Source: the human T2T-CHM13v2.0 reference genome, Homo sapiens
DNA length: 64,000 nt
Direction: 5' to 3' (one strand)
Assembly (NCBI RefSeq): GCF_009914755.1
Contig: NC_060947.1
Positions 1 through 11,916 of the stretch are shown here, piece after piece. Within the stretch, counting starts at the first letter, position 1. Each line of letters starts with the position of its first letter. Both the position numbers and the translations under genes were made by a program. The notes beneath the pieces were generated by a model. It saw only the letters and a program-made list of their open reading frames with translations. It made no database searches and was not told where the DNA came from.

Positions 1-545
1 ACAAAATGTTAAACATAAACTATTAAGAGTGATTTTGACTCACTGATACTGAAAAAAAGTTGGGTATTTTAATCAAAGAATAGATGAGCACTCAAAGACT
101 ATTCTGCTTCTAACATCATTTTGGCACAGTCCATAATTTTCTGGGACACATTTTCAGTGCATATACTGGCTTTCTATTTGTAAAACATGTAAGTTTTAGT
201 AATAATAATTTGTCTAAGACTGTGTACATATAAGCATGGCTAATGCAACTCTTTATATCCTTTTCCTCAAATATTAATATTTGATTGCTCAAGTTGTAAA
301 AAGAAATCTGTTTTTTTATTATAATTGAATGACATCTTTAGGTTAATTAGAGGGAAATTCAGTTTTACTGTCCTATTGCTGCCATATGAAAACTGACTTC
401 AATGATTGCATAATATATATAATATAATGCGTATATATAAATTATAGGAAATAATTTATTGAACAAATTTTTAGAACCAAATCAAACTTTATTTTTTCCA
501 ACATATTATTTTTTAAAATATCAAGCCTATAGAATTTCAAAAACA

Positions 546-838
<293 letters not shown>

Positions 839-839
839 T

Positions 840-1260
840 ATTGTCATTTGCTGAATTATTTGAGACTGAATTGCAGATATCCTGACTATTCACCCCTTAA
901 TATTTCTTAATCCATTAATATTTTCTTAAAAAAAAAGGCCATTCTAGTACATAATCACAATCTATCAAATGCACAAAGTTTAAATTGATAAAATGGTGTT
1001 AGCTAACATATTTTCATATTTTAAATTTTGCCAAATGTCCCCCAATTTTTAATAGTATTTTTCTCCTGATCCATGATCATGCAGTACATCCAGTTGTCAT
1101 ATTTTTAAATTACCTTTAATATAAAACTATTTTTCAGTTTTCATTGCCTTTTATGACACTGGCATTTTTGAAGAGTACATGCAAGTTGTTTTGGAGAAAA
1201 TAACTCAAGTTGGATTTATTGATTGTTTCTTCATGAGTAGGTAAGTTATGCATCTTTTGT
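840..1260 (-). mobile_element. old L1 3' end fragment (L1MC4/5-like)
   Basis: resembles L1MC 3' UTR consensus: TTGCAGATATCCTGACTATTCACCCCTTAA, TTATGACACTGGCATTTTTGAAGAGTAC, GATTGTTTCTTCATGA. Confidence 0.65.
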
Positions 1261-1742
1261 GATGTTATAACACATTAAAGTTTTAATGTTAATATTTGAA
1301 GCCCTTTGTCAATTTTTCCCTTTTCCCCACCCTTGGCCCGTATCTATCCAACCTTCTTTTGCATAAATCTCTTATAAATTCCTTATTTTCTACCATACAT
1401 TTTACTCATGCTCTTCATATTACACAAAATGACTTATTTTTACCATACATAACCCCATTTCATCAGGGCCTGCCTCACAGTGCACATTTTAATATTAGCC
1501 TTCTCTTACTCTACCTTTTCCTGCTTCTTTGCTAAATTTGCCTTTTCTTGTTGCACTTGTACATATACACGTGCCAAGTTTGAACTTGGTCTGTATCTAC
1601 TTTTTGTCTTGCCTCTCCAGTTTGGTTCAAAGACAGAGAGCATGCCGTTTAATTGTTTTGTTTCTTCCATGGTACCAAGCCCAGATCTTCAGTAGATGAA
1701 TAAATCCATCACATGATTCTGATTAGTATGTACATTTGTAAT

Positions 1743-2177
<435 letters not shown>

Positions 2178-2287
2178 TGAAATCAACAATGTTGAAGATG
2201 TCGTCGATGGATCTTTTTATTTTATAGTAACTGACCAAGTTCCTCATATATGCTATATATTTAGACACATGTTTTGTTCTGTTGCAG

Positions 2288-2358
2288 TTCTTTGATCATT
2301 TGCTGGCTGGGATAGAAGATATATCAGGACACTGGGGACAATATTACTGGAAAGACAA
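2288..2358 (+). pseudogene. NHE-like exon A (71 nt, phase 0-2), CHP-binding helix
   Basis: acceptor TTTTGTTCTGTTGCAG, donor AA|GTGAGG; only frame 0 is open: [23 protein letters not shown](K), compare NHE1 [24 protein letters not shown] and NHE2 [24 protein letters not shown]. Confidence 0.92.
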
Positions 2359-2669
2359 GTGAGGATTTGCCAAAAGTATACCTGTGTATATGTATAGAAA
2401 AAAAAGGAGTCTGTTTATTTTTCTGTATGTTTCTGTTGGCAGTAGTTGAGCTTTATTCATCCACATGACATTAAAAAGATGACAGCTAAAAACAAAGGCA
2501 GAAATCTTTCTTTTTCTTTCCCTCACCAGGAGAGACATGATTGATATAAAATCCAGACTCTAAAACTAAAACAGTGTGCCATAAAATTTCTGGCCATCCC
2601 TTTCTCTTGAGAATATTATGCACAGATACAGAGAAAGGGGGTTTACATCAAATCATATTGCTATCCTAT

Positions 2670-3236
2670 GTAAACCTTCTAATATTTTGCCACTTAAAAA
2701 TATCCAAACTTTTACCTTGGTTTAGAAAGCACTGCACCAACTGGCTATTACGCTTTCTTGCCTCATCTCATACTATTCTCCCTGTCATTTACTACACTTC
2801 AGCCATATTGTCATTCTGTCTGTTTCTTCAATACATTGAATACAGCCCATTTCTACCTTAAAGGCTTTGCATAATGTTCTCTTTGCCTGGGATGTTCTAC
2901 ATGATCCTTTAATGCCCAGAATTTTCTTGTCATTCAAGTTTTAGTTTAATTTTGTCTCCTCAGAGAGTTTTCCCCTCACTGCTCAATCATTCTCTATATT
3001 AGTGGACTGTAATTCTCTGAAGAACACATAACTCTGATATTTTAATACTTAATCTTGCTTATTAAATAATATTTTTTATTTTTAATTTAAAAAAACATTA
3101 TAAAAATATATTGTTATTTTTACTGTATGTTTCTCTCCTACTAAAATATAAACTGCATGAAGTTAGAGATCTCGTTTATCTTGTTAAATTACAGAGCAGG
3201 TACCTAATAAATATTTTTGAATGAATAAATGAGTGA
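2670..3236 (+). mobile_element. L2 (L2a-like) 3' portion
   Basis: AAGGCTTTGCATAATG..CTTTGCCTGGGATGTTCT, CCTCAGAGAG..TCCCC, ends TAATAAATATTTTTGAATGAATAAATGA as in the L2 3' end. Confidence 0.75.
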
Positions 3237-4067
3237 CGATAAATTATAAAAAGGGCATTTTTCTGTGCTGATACTAAATTCAGTCCTGTATTTAAATTCA
3301 AATGTTTAATTTATATTAAATTATAATTTATTTCTAAGTGCCCTGATAGCAATACATATCAAAATCTGCTGCTTCTGCCTACATTCCTGACAGGAACTGT
3401 ATAAAATAAAAGATCTGGTTTTAGCAGCAAACATGAGGAACAAGTGCTAGGCTTGATAATTTGCAGGCATCCTTTCATGTCACCTTCTAGGAGAGGTGTC
3501 TTATAAGGTGAATTATAGTCAGAAAACCGAGAGAAATTAAGGTAATTGTCTTTCCCAAAGCAATTTTATTGTAAACTCTGATAAATAAAGAATAGATTCC
3601 TCTACCCTAATTATAAATGTAAATAGTCTAACAAAATAGACCTTTTCCAAGTGTGTGATTTTGATGCATATTTTTCATTATAAGGAAAGTATACACATCA
3701 AGAATGGGAGTATCTATAAGCATTATTTTGTCTTTCTTAAGTCAAACAGCAAAATGATTTTTAAAAATTTATCATACAGATTTTGGGCTAATGACTTCAC
3801 TTTCTGTTTGAGTATGTTCCATGGGGTTTTATATGGTAAGACTTTTATTTGTGGTTAGCCACACAACCTTTGAAAACTTCATTGTTATACAAATTTGGGT
3901 TATCTCCTTTCCTTCCTCTTCCCCTTGCTCTCATTTTTCTACATAAATATGCTCCTCCCTTAAAATATAACCTCTATTAAGCCCTATAAATTTCTAGGTC
4001 CAGTGTGTTTTTTCCTCCACAGGTACAAATTTCTATGGTAATGTTCTACACTGTTTTTTCATTTTTG

Positions 4068-4070
<3 letters not shown>

Positions 4071-4106
<36 letters not shown>
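4071..4106. repeat. (GT)18 microsatellite
   Basis: perfect GT dinucleotide run. Confidence 0.98.
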
Positions 4107-4107
<1 letters not shown>

Positions 4108-4832
4108 TTTTTTTTCTGAGCCTAATGCTATCACCTATTATCTTCCTAGCATATTTCAGGTTGACAGCTTGAGCTTAGAGTCTAAAAGTCATCAGATCTT
4201 TAGAGTATCAGAATATACCTTTTAATATGTAAAAATTTACAAAAGAAGTAAACCTCAATAAGGTCTTTTATATTACAGAGCATTCTTTTTTTTAAAAAAA
4301 AGAAAATATAAGCTATGGGTCATAAATCTATATATAGTTGAACATTTTCACTCAAGTGTTATGAAGCTGTGCATTAACATGATTTCTCTTTAATTTTTTG
4401 AGTTTATTATGTAGTTTTAATTCAGGTTCCTTAAGGAAACCTTTAACAAAGGTATGCCATTTTCCCCCTATTCTTTGAAAGTAACTGTATGAAGTGCTCT
4501 CTTCTTTCATAGCTTTCTCTGAAATGTAGAACCTGCTTGGCCAATATTTCTGTCTTTGTGCAAAGGTTTCTTCTCCATGGTCTGCTTTCTCTTCATCTGA
4601 TTGGCTCTAGTGGAATAAACATAAATATTTAATTTCTTCTTAAGCACGTATTTGAAATTAAATTGGAATTTACTATGTGTATTTTCTCTCCCCACCGTAG
4701 ATTAAATTTCAACGAAGTAAATTAGGAATAGGCAGCCTATGAACCAGGTCTGGGACCATCTGACTAGAATGTAAAAGTTCTAAAGATGGCAGTCAGTTGG
4801 TGGAATTTGTATTTTATTTGCTTCTTGAACAG

Positions 4833-5005
4833 ATTGGAGTATTTCAACAGCAGATATCTGCAGATTTTGCTTGGAGAGTATGACCATCCCACATCAAACA
4901 TCAAAGAAGCACTGTGCTTGTTTGTGAAAAGCTTGAGAGAAAACATACCATTGAGTTGGCAGAAGCAGGCCAGTTAATACACACACCGTCTAGTACATCT
5001 TTCCT
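4833..5005 (+). pseudogene. NHE-like exon B (173 nt; 162 nt if the 11-nt insertion is removed), frameshifted
   Basis: acceptor TTTGCTTCTTGAACAG, donor CT|GTAAGT; first part LEYFNSRYLQILLGEYDHPTS, then in a shifted frame VLVCEKLERKHTIELAEAGQLIHTPSSTSF, compare NHE2 [53 protein letters not shown]; uncorrected frame stops at TAA 4975-4977. Confidence 0.9.
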
Positions 5006-5007
5006 GT

Positions 5008-5010
<3 letters not shown>

Positions 5011-5044
<34 letters not shown>
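5011..5044. repeat. (TG)17 microsatellite continuous with the splice donor
   Basis: GTAAG followed directly by the TG run. Confidence 0.98.
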
Positions 5045-5045
<1 letters not shown>

Positions 5046-5989
5046 ATGTATGTGTTGTTTCAATCTGTCTAAAGAAGTATCACAGAAACATTGAAGAATA
5101 AAGTCCATTCCCTTTAAAGGGTAGTTTTCTTTCCCTTGCATTACCTCTTAGAAAAACATAAAAGAACTAAAATAAAACTGAAGTTATTTGTGTGAGTGCC
5201 ACAGGCTGCATTGTTTAATATGGAATAGTGAACAGAGCTTAATGAAATAAATTTTGTCTATGAAACTATTAGCTTCTAAAAGTTTTTAAAATGTTATCTC
5301 TCAGGAAGTACATGTTTGCATTTTTATTTTCTTTAAAGACTCATGTTAAGTGCAATAATTTATCATTGGCTATTTATTGTTTATCAAGAACTGAATTTAG
5401 TGTTAAAAGGTATTTAGTTGGTTTTTGCTGGAGAGACTCGATAGAGAAAATAAATATAAGTTGGGGGTTTGCTGGCTGTAAGTCTGTAAACAATTGTTAA
5501 AAGAGAGTAGAGAGATCTTGAAAAGAGAAAACATAAAAAGGGAAAACTAATAGAGGAAGAAAATAATATTGTTATAAATAATTATTTACTATGTATTGTG
5601 TCTGAGTAGGAATTTTGTGTTTATCTGCATCATGAGTTTTTTTGGGGGAGGTTCCTTTTGATTAAATTTTACATAATTTTAAATAAATTCTTCAAGCTTT
5701 GCTTGTTTTAACTGGTATGAAGTAATTGTAGTTGCATATTTTGCCCAGGACAAAAGAATTAACTACAGTAACTGGTCATCTTTGTCAATCATTCAGTCCT
5801 TGATTTGACAGGAATACATTTCATCGATAGATTGCTCATTTCTCTGTTCAACATCCAGGAATCGAGGCCTAAAAGTTTAACTTTTCTTTAATAGTTCGTA
5901 ATTGGCTAGAATATTATAGTCCTTAAAGTCATGCAGATATGTGCAGTATATATAGATATGAAACTATATCTGTGGTACATTGTTGGGTG

Positions 5990-6215
5990 GGTTAAGTAGC
6001 TTGAATAATAGAACGTATAGCTTGATCATTTTTGTAAAAATATAATTTCAATACCTGTATCGGCATCTGTGCGTAGAAAATTCTGGCAACGCATACACCA
6101 AGAGTTAATTGCAGTTTTATCTAGGTGATAAGATTATTTGACTTTTGTATTATTCTTCATAGTTTTCTATATTTTTAGTAGCATGCATGTGTTAATTTCA
6201 TAGGCAGAAAAAATT
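5990..6215 (+). mobile_element. ancient L1ME-type 3' end fragment
   Basis: GTAGAAAATTCTGG..CATACACCAAGAGTTAATTGCAGTTTTATCTAGG..., ends in an A-rich tract; very diverged. Confidence 0.4.
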
Positions 6216-7599
6216 ATGAAGGCATTTAGAAAATGAAATGAAAGAATTGAAAGTAAAACAGATTGTAAGTTTAAAATGAACAAATGAACAAAATATATCC
6301 CAAATACAAGATTGGGCATCTTTTGAAAGTTATAATTGATTGAATGTAAGAGATGCCTTTTCAAGAATAAGTTGTCAAATAAACTCTGAAGAAGGATATC
6401 AAAATATATTATAAAATTTTAAAGTGATTTTTAATTATAATAGAACTTTTAATTGTTGGGTTTTGACTTGCCTTTTAAAAGTGAACCGCACCTGAATTAC
6501 TGAAGTGTTCTGCTATTAATTGTCTCAGCTGAATCTCCTACATTGGGGTGGGGGTGGGGCTAGCTATAGAGAAGAAAAGATAGGTGGATAATGTTTATAG
6601 GCTGTCTACTGTAAATCCTTGAATTGATTAGTCTGTGGATGTATTTAGTAAGGGTATCATCATTGATATATTTTATTTTTCCATCCAAACATATCCAATT
6701 AAAATGAATGCAAAGCTCAATATGAATTTGATGTATTTGAGAAGTATATATAGTAAACCTTATTAATCAACACTGTGAATGTGAATTTCCTTTTTTCTAA
6801 ATTACACACACTGGCTCTCGTTGTCTGAAATGACAATATAATTATTATTTTCTTTTTATAATAATATAAATCTGGCATTAATATTAGAAGAAATATATTA
6901 AATATTTAAGATTTGATATGCCTTTATTAATAATATCTTTCAAAATTTGCATGGGGAATTAAGCATTAGTTGCATGGTTATCATAAAAATATTGTTGTAA
7001 GTATATAGAAGAAAGGTCAATTCAATTAGAATTGCATGGTAGCACACTTAAGAAAAATCTCAAAGATCATTTGAAATACCAGTATGAAACAACATAAATC
7101 TGATGCCTGGTCTCAGTTTTCATAGTTAACTTGTTTGCCATTTTCCCTACACAATGAGTAAGTGATTTAAGTTAAATTTCAATAGTCATCCCTTCTATAT
7201 CCTTATTAAAACTATTTTTTGGAATATATTATCAAAACTATATATACTTTTTTGATTGTATACAGAGTATGCAGTAGTATGGATTATATATTTTTAGCAT
7301 TCACAAATAGAATTATCCTCTGCAATATTTTTGCTTAGATATCCACTGGCCTGTATATACAAGTGAAATATTGAGATAACTGAGTTTTTAAGTAGAACTT
7401 TCCTGAATGTGTATATTACCTTAAAGCTCTGCTTTTCAATGTGCCTTTCCACACTCCTCACCTGATGCACTCACTTCGCTTTTCAAAGCATCTTGGGAAT
7501 GGATTTCTTTATTGATACTTTAGGCTTCATGTACGTATTTTTTAGTTTGTATATTTATGTATTGAACACCTATAAAGCGTTCAGATATTTTATTTGCAG

Positions 7600-7700
7600 C
7601 CACAGCCATGAAACAACCATCCCCAGTATCTCCAAATCAAGACCTTATGGATAATGTTCAAGTAATATTGACCACAAACCTTTATAAAATCAGAAGAGTG
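7600..7700 (+). pseudogene. NHE-like exon C (101 nt), start of the calmodulin-binding region, 1 nt out of phase
   Basis: acceptor TATTTTATTTGCAG; frame from 7602 is open, TAMKQPSPVSPNQDLMDNVQVILTTNLYKIRRV, compare NHE2 TDEIRELLSRNLYQIRQR and NHE4 VESIRDILTSNMYQVRQR; weak donor GTG|GTTTGA at the expected phase-0 position. Confidence 0.8.
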
Positions 7701-8315
7701 GTTTGATTTTTTTCAGTATATGTCACTTTATTAGTCACATAAATGGAATAAATTTAGTTACTTTTCTTTTTATACTTCCAAACAAACCTTGGCTCCTACA
7801 TATGTCAAAGGAATATCAGTAGGGTATAGGAAATGATGAATCAATGTTTAATTCACATTCAGACTTGCTACACATAGGAAAGTGCTTTAACAATTTCCAT
7901 TTAACTGCCAGTGCAGTGTCTTACACGATGCCCAAAGGTCTTGAAAAACGGTGGCATTTTCTTAAGTATGCATTTTTTCTATGGTAAGCTCTATTCTATT
8001 TAGCATATTACAAAATTGACTGTTTTAGATGTTAAAATATATTTATGTTACTAGAGAGCTGCCAAATTCCAAAGTTTTAAATATTTAGACTATGATAAAA
8101 TATAGCTAATATAGATTGAACAATAGGTAACATTTCTTTGATAATTCAGAAATCTGTAAATTCTTATGCACATCAGGACCCTATTATTGTTTCTTCTTCA
8201 CAGAAAAAAAAATCTTGTCTGCGAGTAGGTGCACTCACATTTCTAAATTAAAAGGTTTTATGTTAGAAATAGATTGATTTAAACGTATCGTTTTTAGGTG
8301 ATTGCTGTCAAGACA

Positions 8316-8371
8316 ATTTTTGTGCATTTTGTAACTCTAGGTGCATTTTTGTGCATTTTGTAACTCTAGGT
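8316..8371. repeat. 29-nt period tandem duplication
   Basis: ATTTTTGTGCATTTTGTAACTCTAGGT at 8316 and 8345, identical. Confidence 0.95.
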
Positions 8372-8876
8372 ATTAATAAATATAATGGTAGTGGCATTTA
8401 ACATAAATGTCAAAGAACACTGGTAGTGTGCTAGATAACAGAGGTACTGTGCAATGAAGAGGCTTAGAAAGGCTTAGAGAGTAGAGTTCAATAGATTTGA
8501 AAAGCATTTCGAGCTCATGAGAGAAAACCTGGAACATAATTACAGTAATAGATGCTTAACAATAATAAATGACTATTATTTTAATGATTTGTACATAATT
8601 GAAATTACTTTCTCAAATTGGTGTAACAATGTAATATCTTTATTCCCTAAGTTTGTTACTTATAAATACTACTTCTTGCAGTAGGGTGTGAAGTAATTAT
8701 AATGTACAAAGTATAAAGAAATATGTCTATATTCTGCACTGTCAGACCATTTTAAAATAATTGTGTGTAGTTTTGTTTTATAAACTTAAATAATACGTGA
8801 GTTAGGGGAAGGCAGGGTCCAGAGGGAGAAACAGAGAAATTATCCAAGAGAGGTAAAATAGGTCCTATGGCATCTC

Positions 8877-8943
8877 TATAGTCTCTATTCCATGTGAATA
8901 ATATAGTCTCTATTCCATGTGAATAATATAGTCTCTATTCCAT
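8877..8943. repeat. 25-nt minisatellite, 2.7 copies
   Basis: TATAGTCTCTATTCCATGTGAATAA perfect copies at 8877 and 8902, partial at 8927. Confidence 0.95.
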
Positions 8944-9089
8944 TCCTCTTTCTGGAAACTTCACCTTTAAATTGTCTGAGGATACAAGATGATTTCTGAA
9001 GACTATATCCAGCTTGGAATTCTATGTATTACAAGTGGTAATTTTAATAGTTTTCTCCTCTTTTAAAGTGGAGCCTGAGACTACAGATT

Positions 9090-9335
9090 AATAAAAACAA
9101 TTAACCTTTATTAGACATTTATTATGGTCATGCACCATGCTAACACTTCACATGGGTTATTTGTTATACCTCATAGTGCCTCTATGAAGTCAATACTTCA
9201 TTAAAAGTCATTATTTTCATTAAAATGCTAAGAAAATTGAGGTTTAGAAAGGTTATACAACCTTTTCAAGGTTGTGCAGTTAGCAAGCAGGAAAGCCAGA
9301 ATTTATACCTAGGTAACCTGAATCCACAGACGTTA
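9090..9335 (-). mobile_element. MIR SINE
   Basis: reverse MIR core: CTATGAAGT...AGAAAATTGAGGTTTAGAAAGGTTA..CCTTTTCAAGGTTGTGCAGTTAGCAAG..AGCCAGAATTTATACCTAGG. Confidence 0.8.
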
Positions 9336-9464
9336 TATTATGGCTTGCAAATTAATTCTCAACCAAGTTATTTTTCTACAGTTAAAATATTTCCATAGGC
9401 ATATTATAGGTACTAGGCAATATGGCTTTCTATATTCTAAATAGGCTTATTAACCCAATGATTT

Positions 9465-11130
9465 ATTAAAATTTATTATTTTAATTTTCAAACATAAAAG
9501 AACAGAATATATTATAATGAATCTTTACTTATCTATCACCTAGGTTAAAAATTATCAACACTTTGCAATTTTAGCTTCATCTATTCCCCATCCACACTTA
9601 CTTTTTCTTCTAGAGTAATTAGAAAGCAAGTTCCAAACGTATTATTTCACCCAAAAATACTTCAGTGTGTTAACAGAAAAAAGATAAGCATAATTTTATT
9701 ATTACATCCCCAAATTAACTATAATTCATTAACATCATCCAGTAAGCAGTACATGTTCAGTTTCTTCATTGTGTCTCAAAAAGTATAGTTTTACATTTGC
9801 TTTGTTTGAAGCAGAACTCAATAAAGTCACATATTTGTGTTAGGTTGAGATATCATTTCTAATCTCTGATACGTTCACTTTACCCCTTTAAGAAGCCACA
9901 TATTTGTTAAAGAATGTGGATAATTTGTCCTGTAGAATTTCCCAGTCTCTAAATTTAGCTGATTGCATCCTTGTGGTGTAGTTTAACATGCTCCTTTAAT
10001 TTCCCAGTTTATGTTGTCAATGTATTTTTAGGTTTAATTAGATTCAATTTTGCTTATTTTAGCTAGAGTCCTTCATAGGTAGTGCTGTTTACTTCATATA
10101 GTGTCAAATCAGAGGAAATGTAATTTCCTAAAATTGATCATAGTTGTCAGCCTCGTACATTCATCATTAAGTTCCTCCAGCAACTATGACGATTGTTGCC
10201 GAGGTCTTTTATTTTGCTAAGAGGTTGCAAAATGGTCATTTTGTAATTGTTATCAATCTGTCTGAATTTATTAGATTTAATTCTGTGAAGAACTACTCAT
10301 CAACTATTTGATAACCTTGAAGCTGTTTCCTTACAAAAAAAGGCAGGATACATGCTTTATTTATTCACCTTATTTATACATTTTGGAGTAATGAGTTGGA
10401 GTACTGGCAACCTCCAAAGGTGACTAGTGTGTTATAAGTATCTTTATTAATGACTAGATTTTTTTATATTTGAAGTATTTTTATATTTGATGTCTATTTA
10501 ATGTGCTGCAGTTTTCAATATATTGATGCTCAGATAGTCCTATCTTTGCCCAGTGAGTGCTAGTCAAAATAGGCCTCTTTGTGTTTTTAACATTACCCCA
10601 GAACTCCTAGATACCTTGCCAGCTGTCTGATATAATAAGGTGTACACAGATTATCTTACATGTTCCTTATTCAGACTTAAAACAGCCATTTCTCCAAGGT
10701 TCTGGTTTCATTTATTGGAAAATGTCATTTACAGATCATAATCTGAACATTGTCGCCACTAGTATGATGTTACTTCTAAAGGTTTTTAGTAGACAGATCT
10801 AGGAAATTATACATAGGTGACACACACAGAGAGGAAAAAAATTCCTGAGATCATATAGGTATTTCCAATTAATGTAAAATATTTCAGGAATTATATCTAG
10901 TTGTTTGATTTTATATTTGTATCTCTACAATATGATATTTTGAAGTTAAAGGTGAATAGTGTTACTTTCAATAAGACAACTAAATGCAATTTAATATTTC
11001 TTTATAATGTTTTAGTCTTTGTGATATAGCCATTAGATACACACAATGAAACACTGTTTTCAAGTCACTTGAGATAATTTTTTTCTGCTGGTTATGTCCT
11101 TGACTTGATAAATACTTAGGATTTTTTCAG
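9465..11130 (-). mobile_element. old L1 3' region (L1MC4/5-like)
   Basis: TTTTTATTATTTTAATTTTCAAACATA start, ATTTCACCCAAAAATACTTCAGTGTG, TTGTCCTGTAGAATTTCCCA, CAGCCATTTCTCCAAGG. Confidence 0.7.
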
Positions 11131-11916
11131 TTTGTTTTTTAAAACAAATTTATTAAAGTATAAATGACATACAATAAACCGTACATAAAGTGTACAATTT
11201 AATAAGATTTGACATACAGATACATTCAAGTAACTACAGCACAGTTAAGATAATGAACACATCCTCCACTCCCTGGAATTTCATTGATCCCTTTGTAATC
11301 CTTTCCTTTTGCTCCTCTCCACCCACCCTATCCAATGGCAACAAAATGATTTGACTTCTATTACTGTGCAATTCTACTTGTCATATAATTCTATGTAAAG
11401 GAAGTCACATTGTATATATCCTTTTATTGCCTGGCTTCTTCGACTCAGAATAATTGTTTTGAGATTCATTCACATTGTAGAATATGTGGATAGTTCATTT
11501 TTATGGTTACAATATTTTATTATATGTATATACCACAATTCACTTATTCGTTCATCTATTCGTGGACATTTGAGTTGTCTCCAGTTGTTAGCTATTACAA
11601 ATAAAACTGGTATAACATTAGAGTACAAGTATTTGTACGGATACAAGCATTTATTTCTCTTTGATAAATATCTCAGAGTGGAATTATATGGTAGGTATAC
11701 GTTTAAGTTATTAAGAAACTGCTGAACTGTTTCTCAAAGTGGTTGTACCATATAACATTCCCACCAACTGTGTATTAAGCTTCCAGATATTCTGTATCCT
11801 TGCCAGTGCTTGGTATGGTCAGTTCTTCAAAATTCTAACTCTTTTAATAGATGTTGAATGATATCTCACTGTTGATTGAATTTGCATTTTCCTAATGACT
11901 AAAGAAATTGAGTATC
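11131..11916 (-). mobile_element. L1MC/L1MD-type 3' end
   Basis: TTTATTAAAGTATAAATGACATACAATAAAC..AAAGTGTACAATTT, TTGAGATTCATTCACATTG, ACATTCCCACCAAC. Confidence 0.8.

Larger units (their letters stand above)
2288..7700 (+). pseudogene. unprocessed Na+/H+ exchanger (SLC9A, NHE2/NHE4/NHE1-like) pseudogene, three internal exons of the proximal cytoplasmic tail; upstream exons lie outside the window
   Basis: three AG/GT-bounded segments translating to [75 protein letters not shown] and ..MDNVQVILTTNLYKIRRV, colinear with consecutive NHE1/NHE2 exons; two frameshifts. Confidence 0.88.

Noticed and set aside
4786-4977. 63-aa ORF as a standalone gene
   Set aside because: The first 15 codons are intron and acceptor, the middle is NHE exon B, and the tail is the frameshifted reading.
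2288-7700. Calling the locus SLC9A2, SLC9A4 or SLC9A1 itself
   Set aside because: The peptides differ at many positions from those proteins as recalled and contain frameshifts, so no symbol was assigned.
7912-7983. Fourth NHE exon
   Set aside because: Splice-like ends, but no convincing similarity in the required phase; kept only as a weak lead.
8877-8943. CRISPR-like array
   Set aside because: Head-to-tail repeats without spacers in primate DNA.
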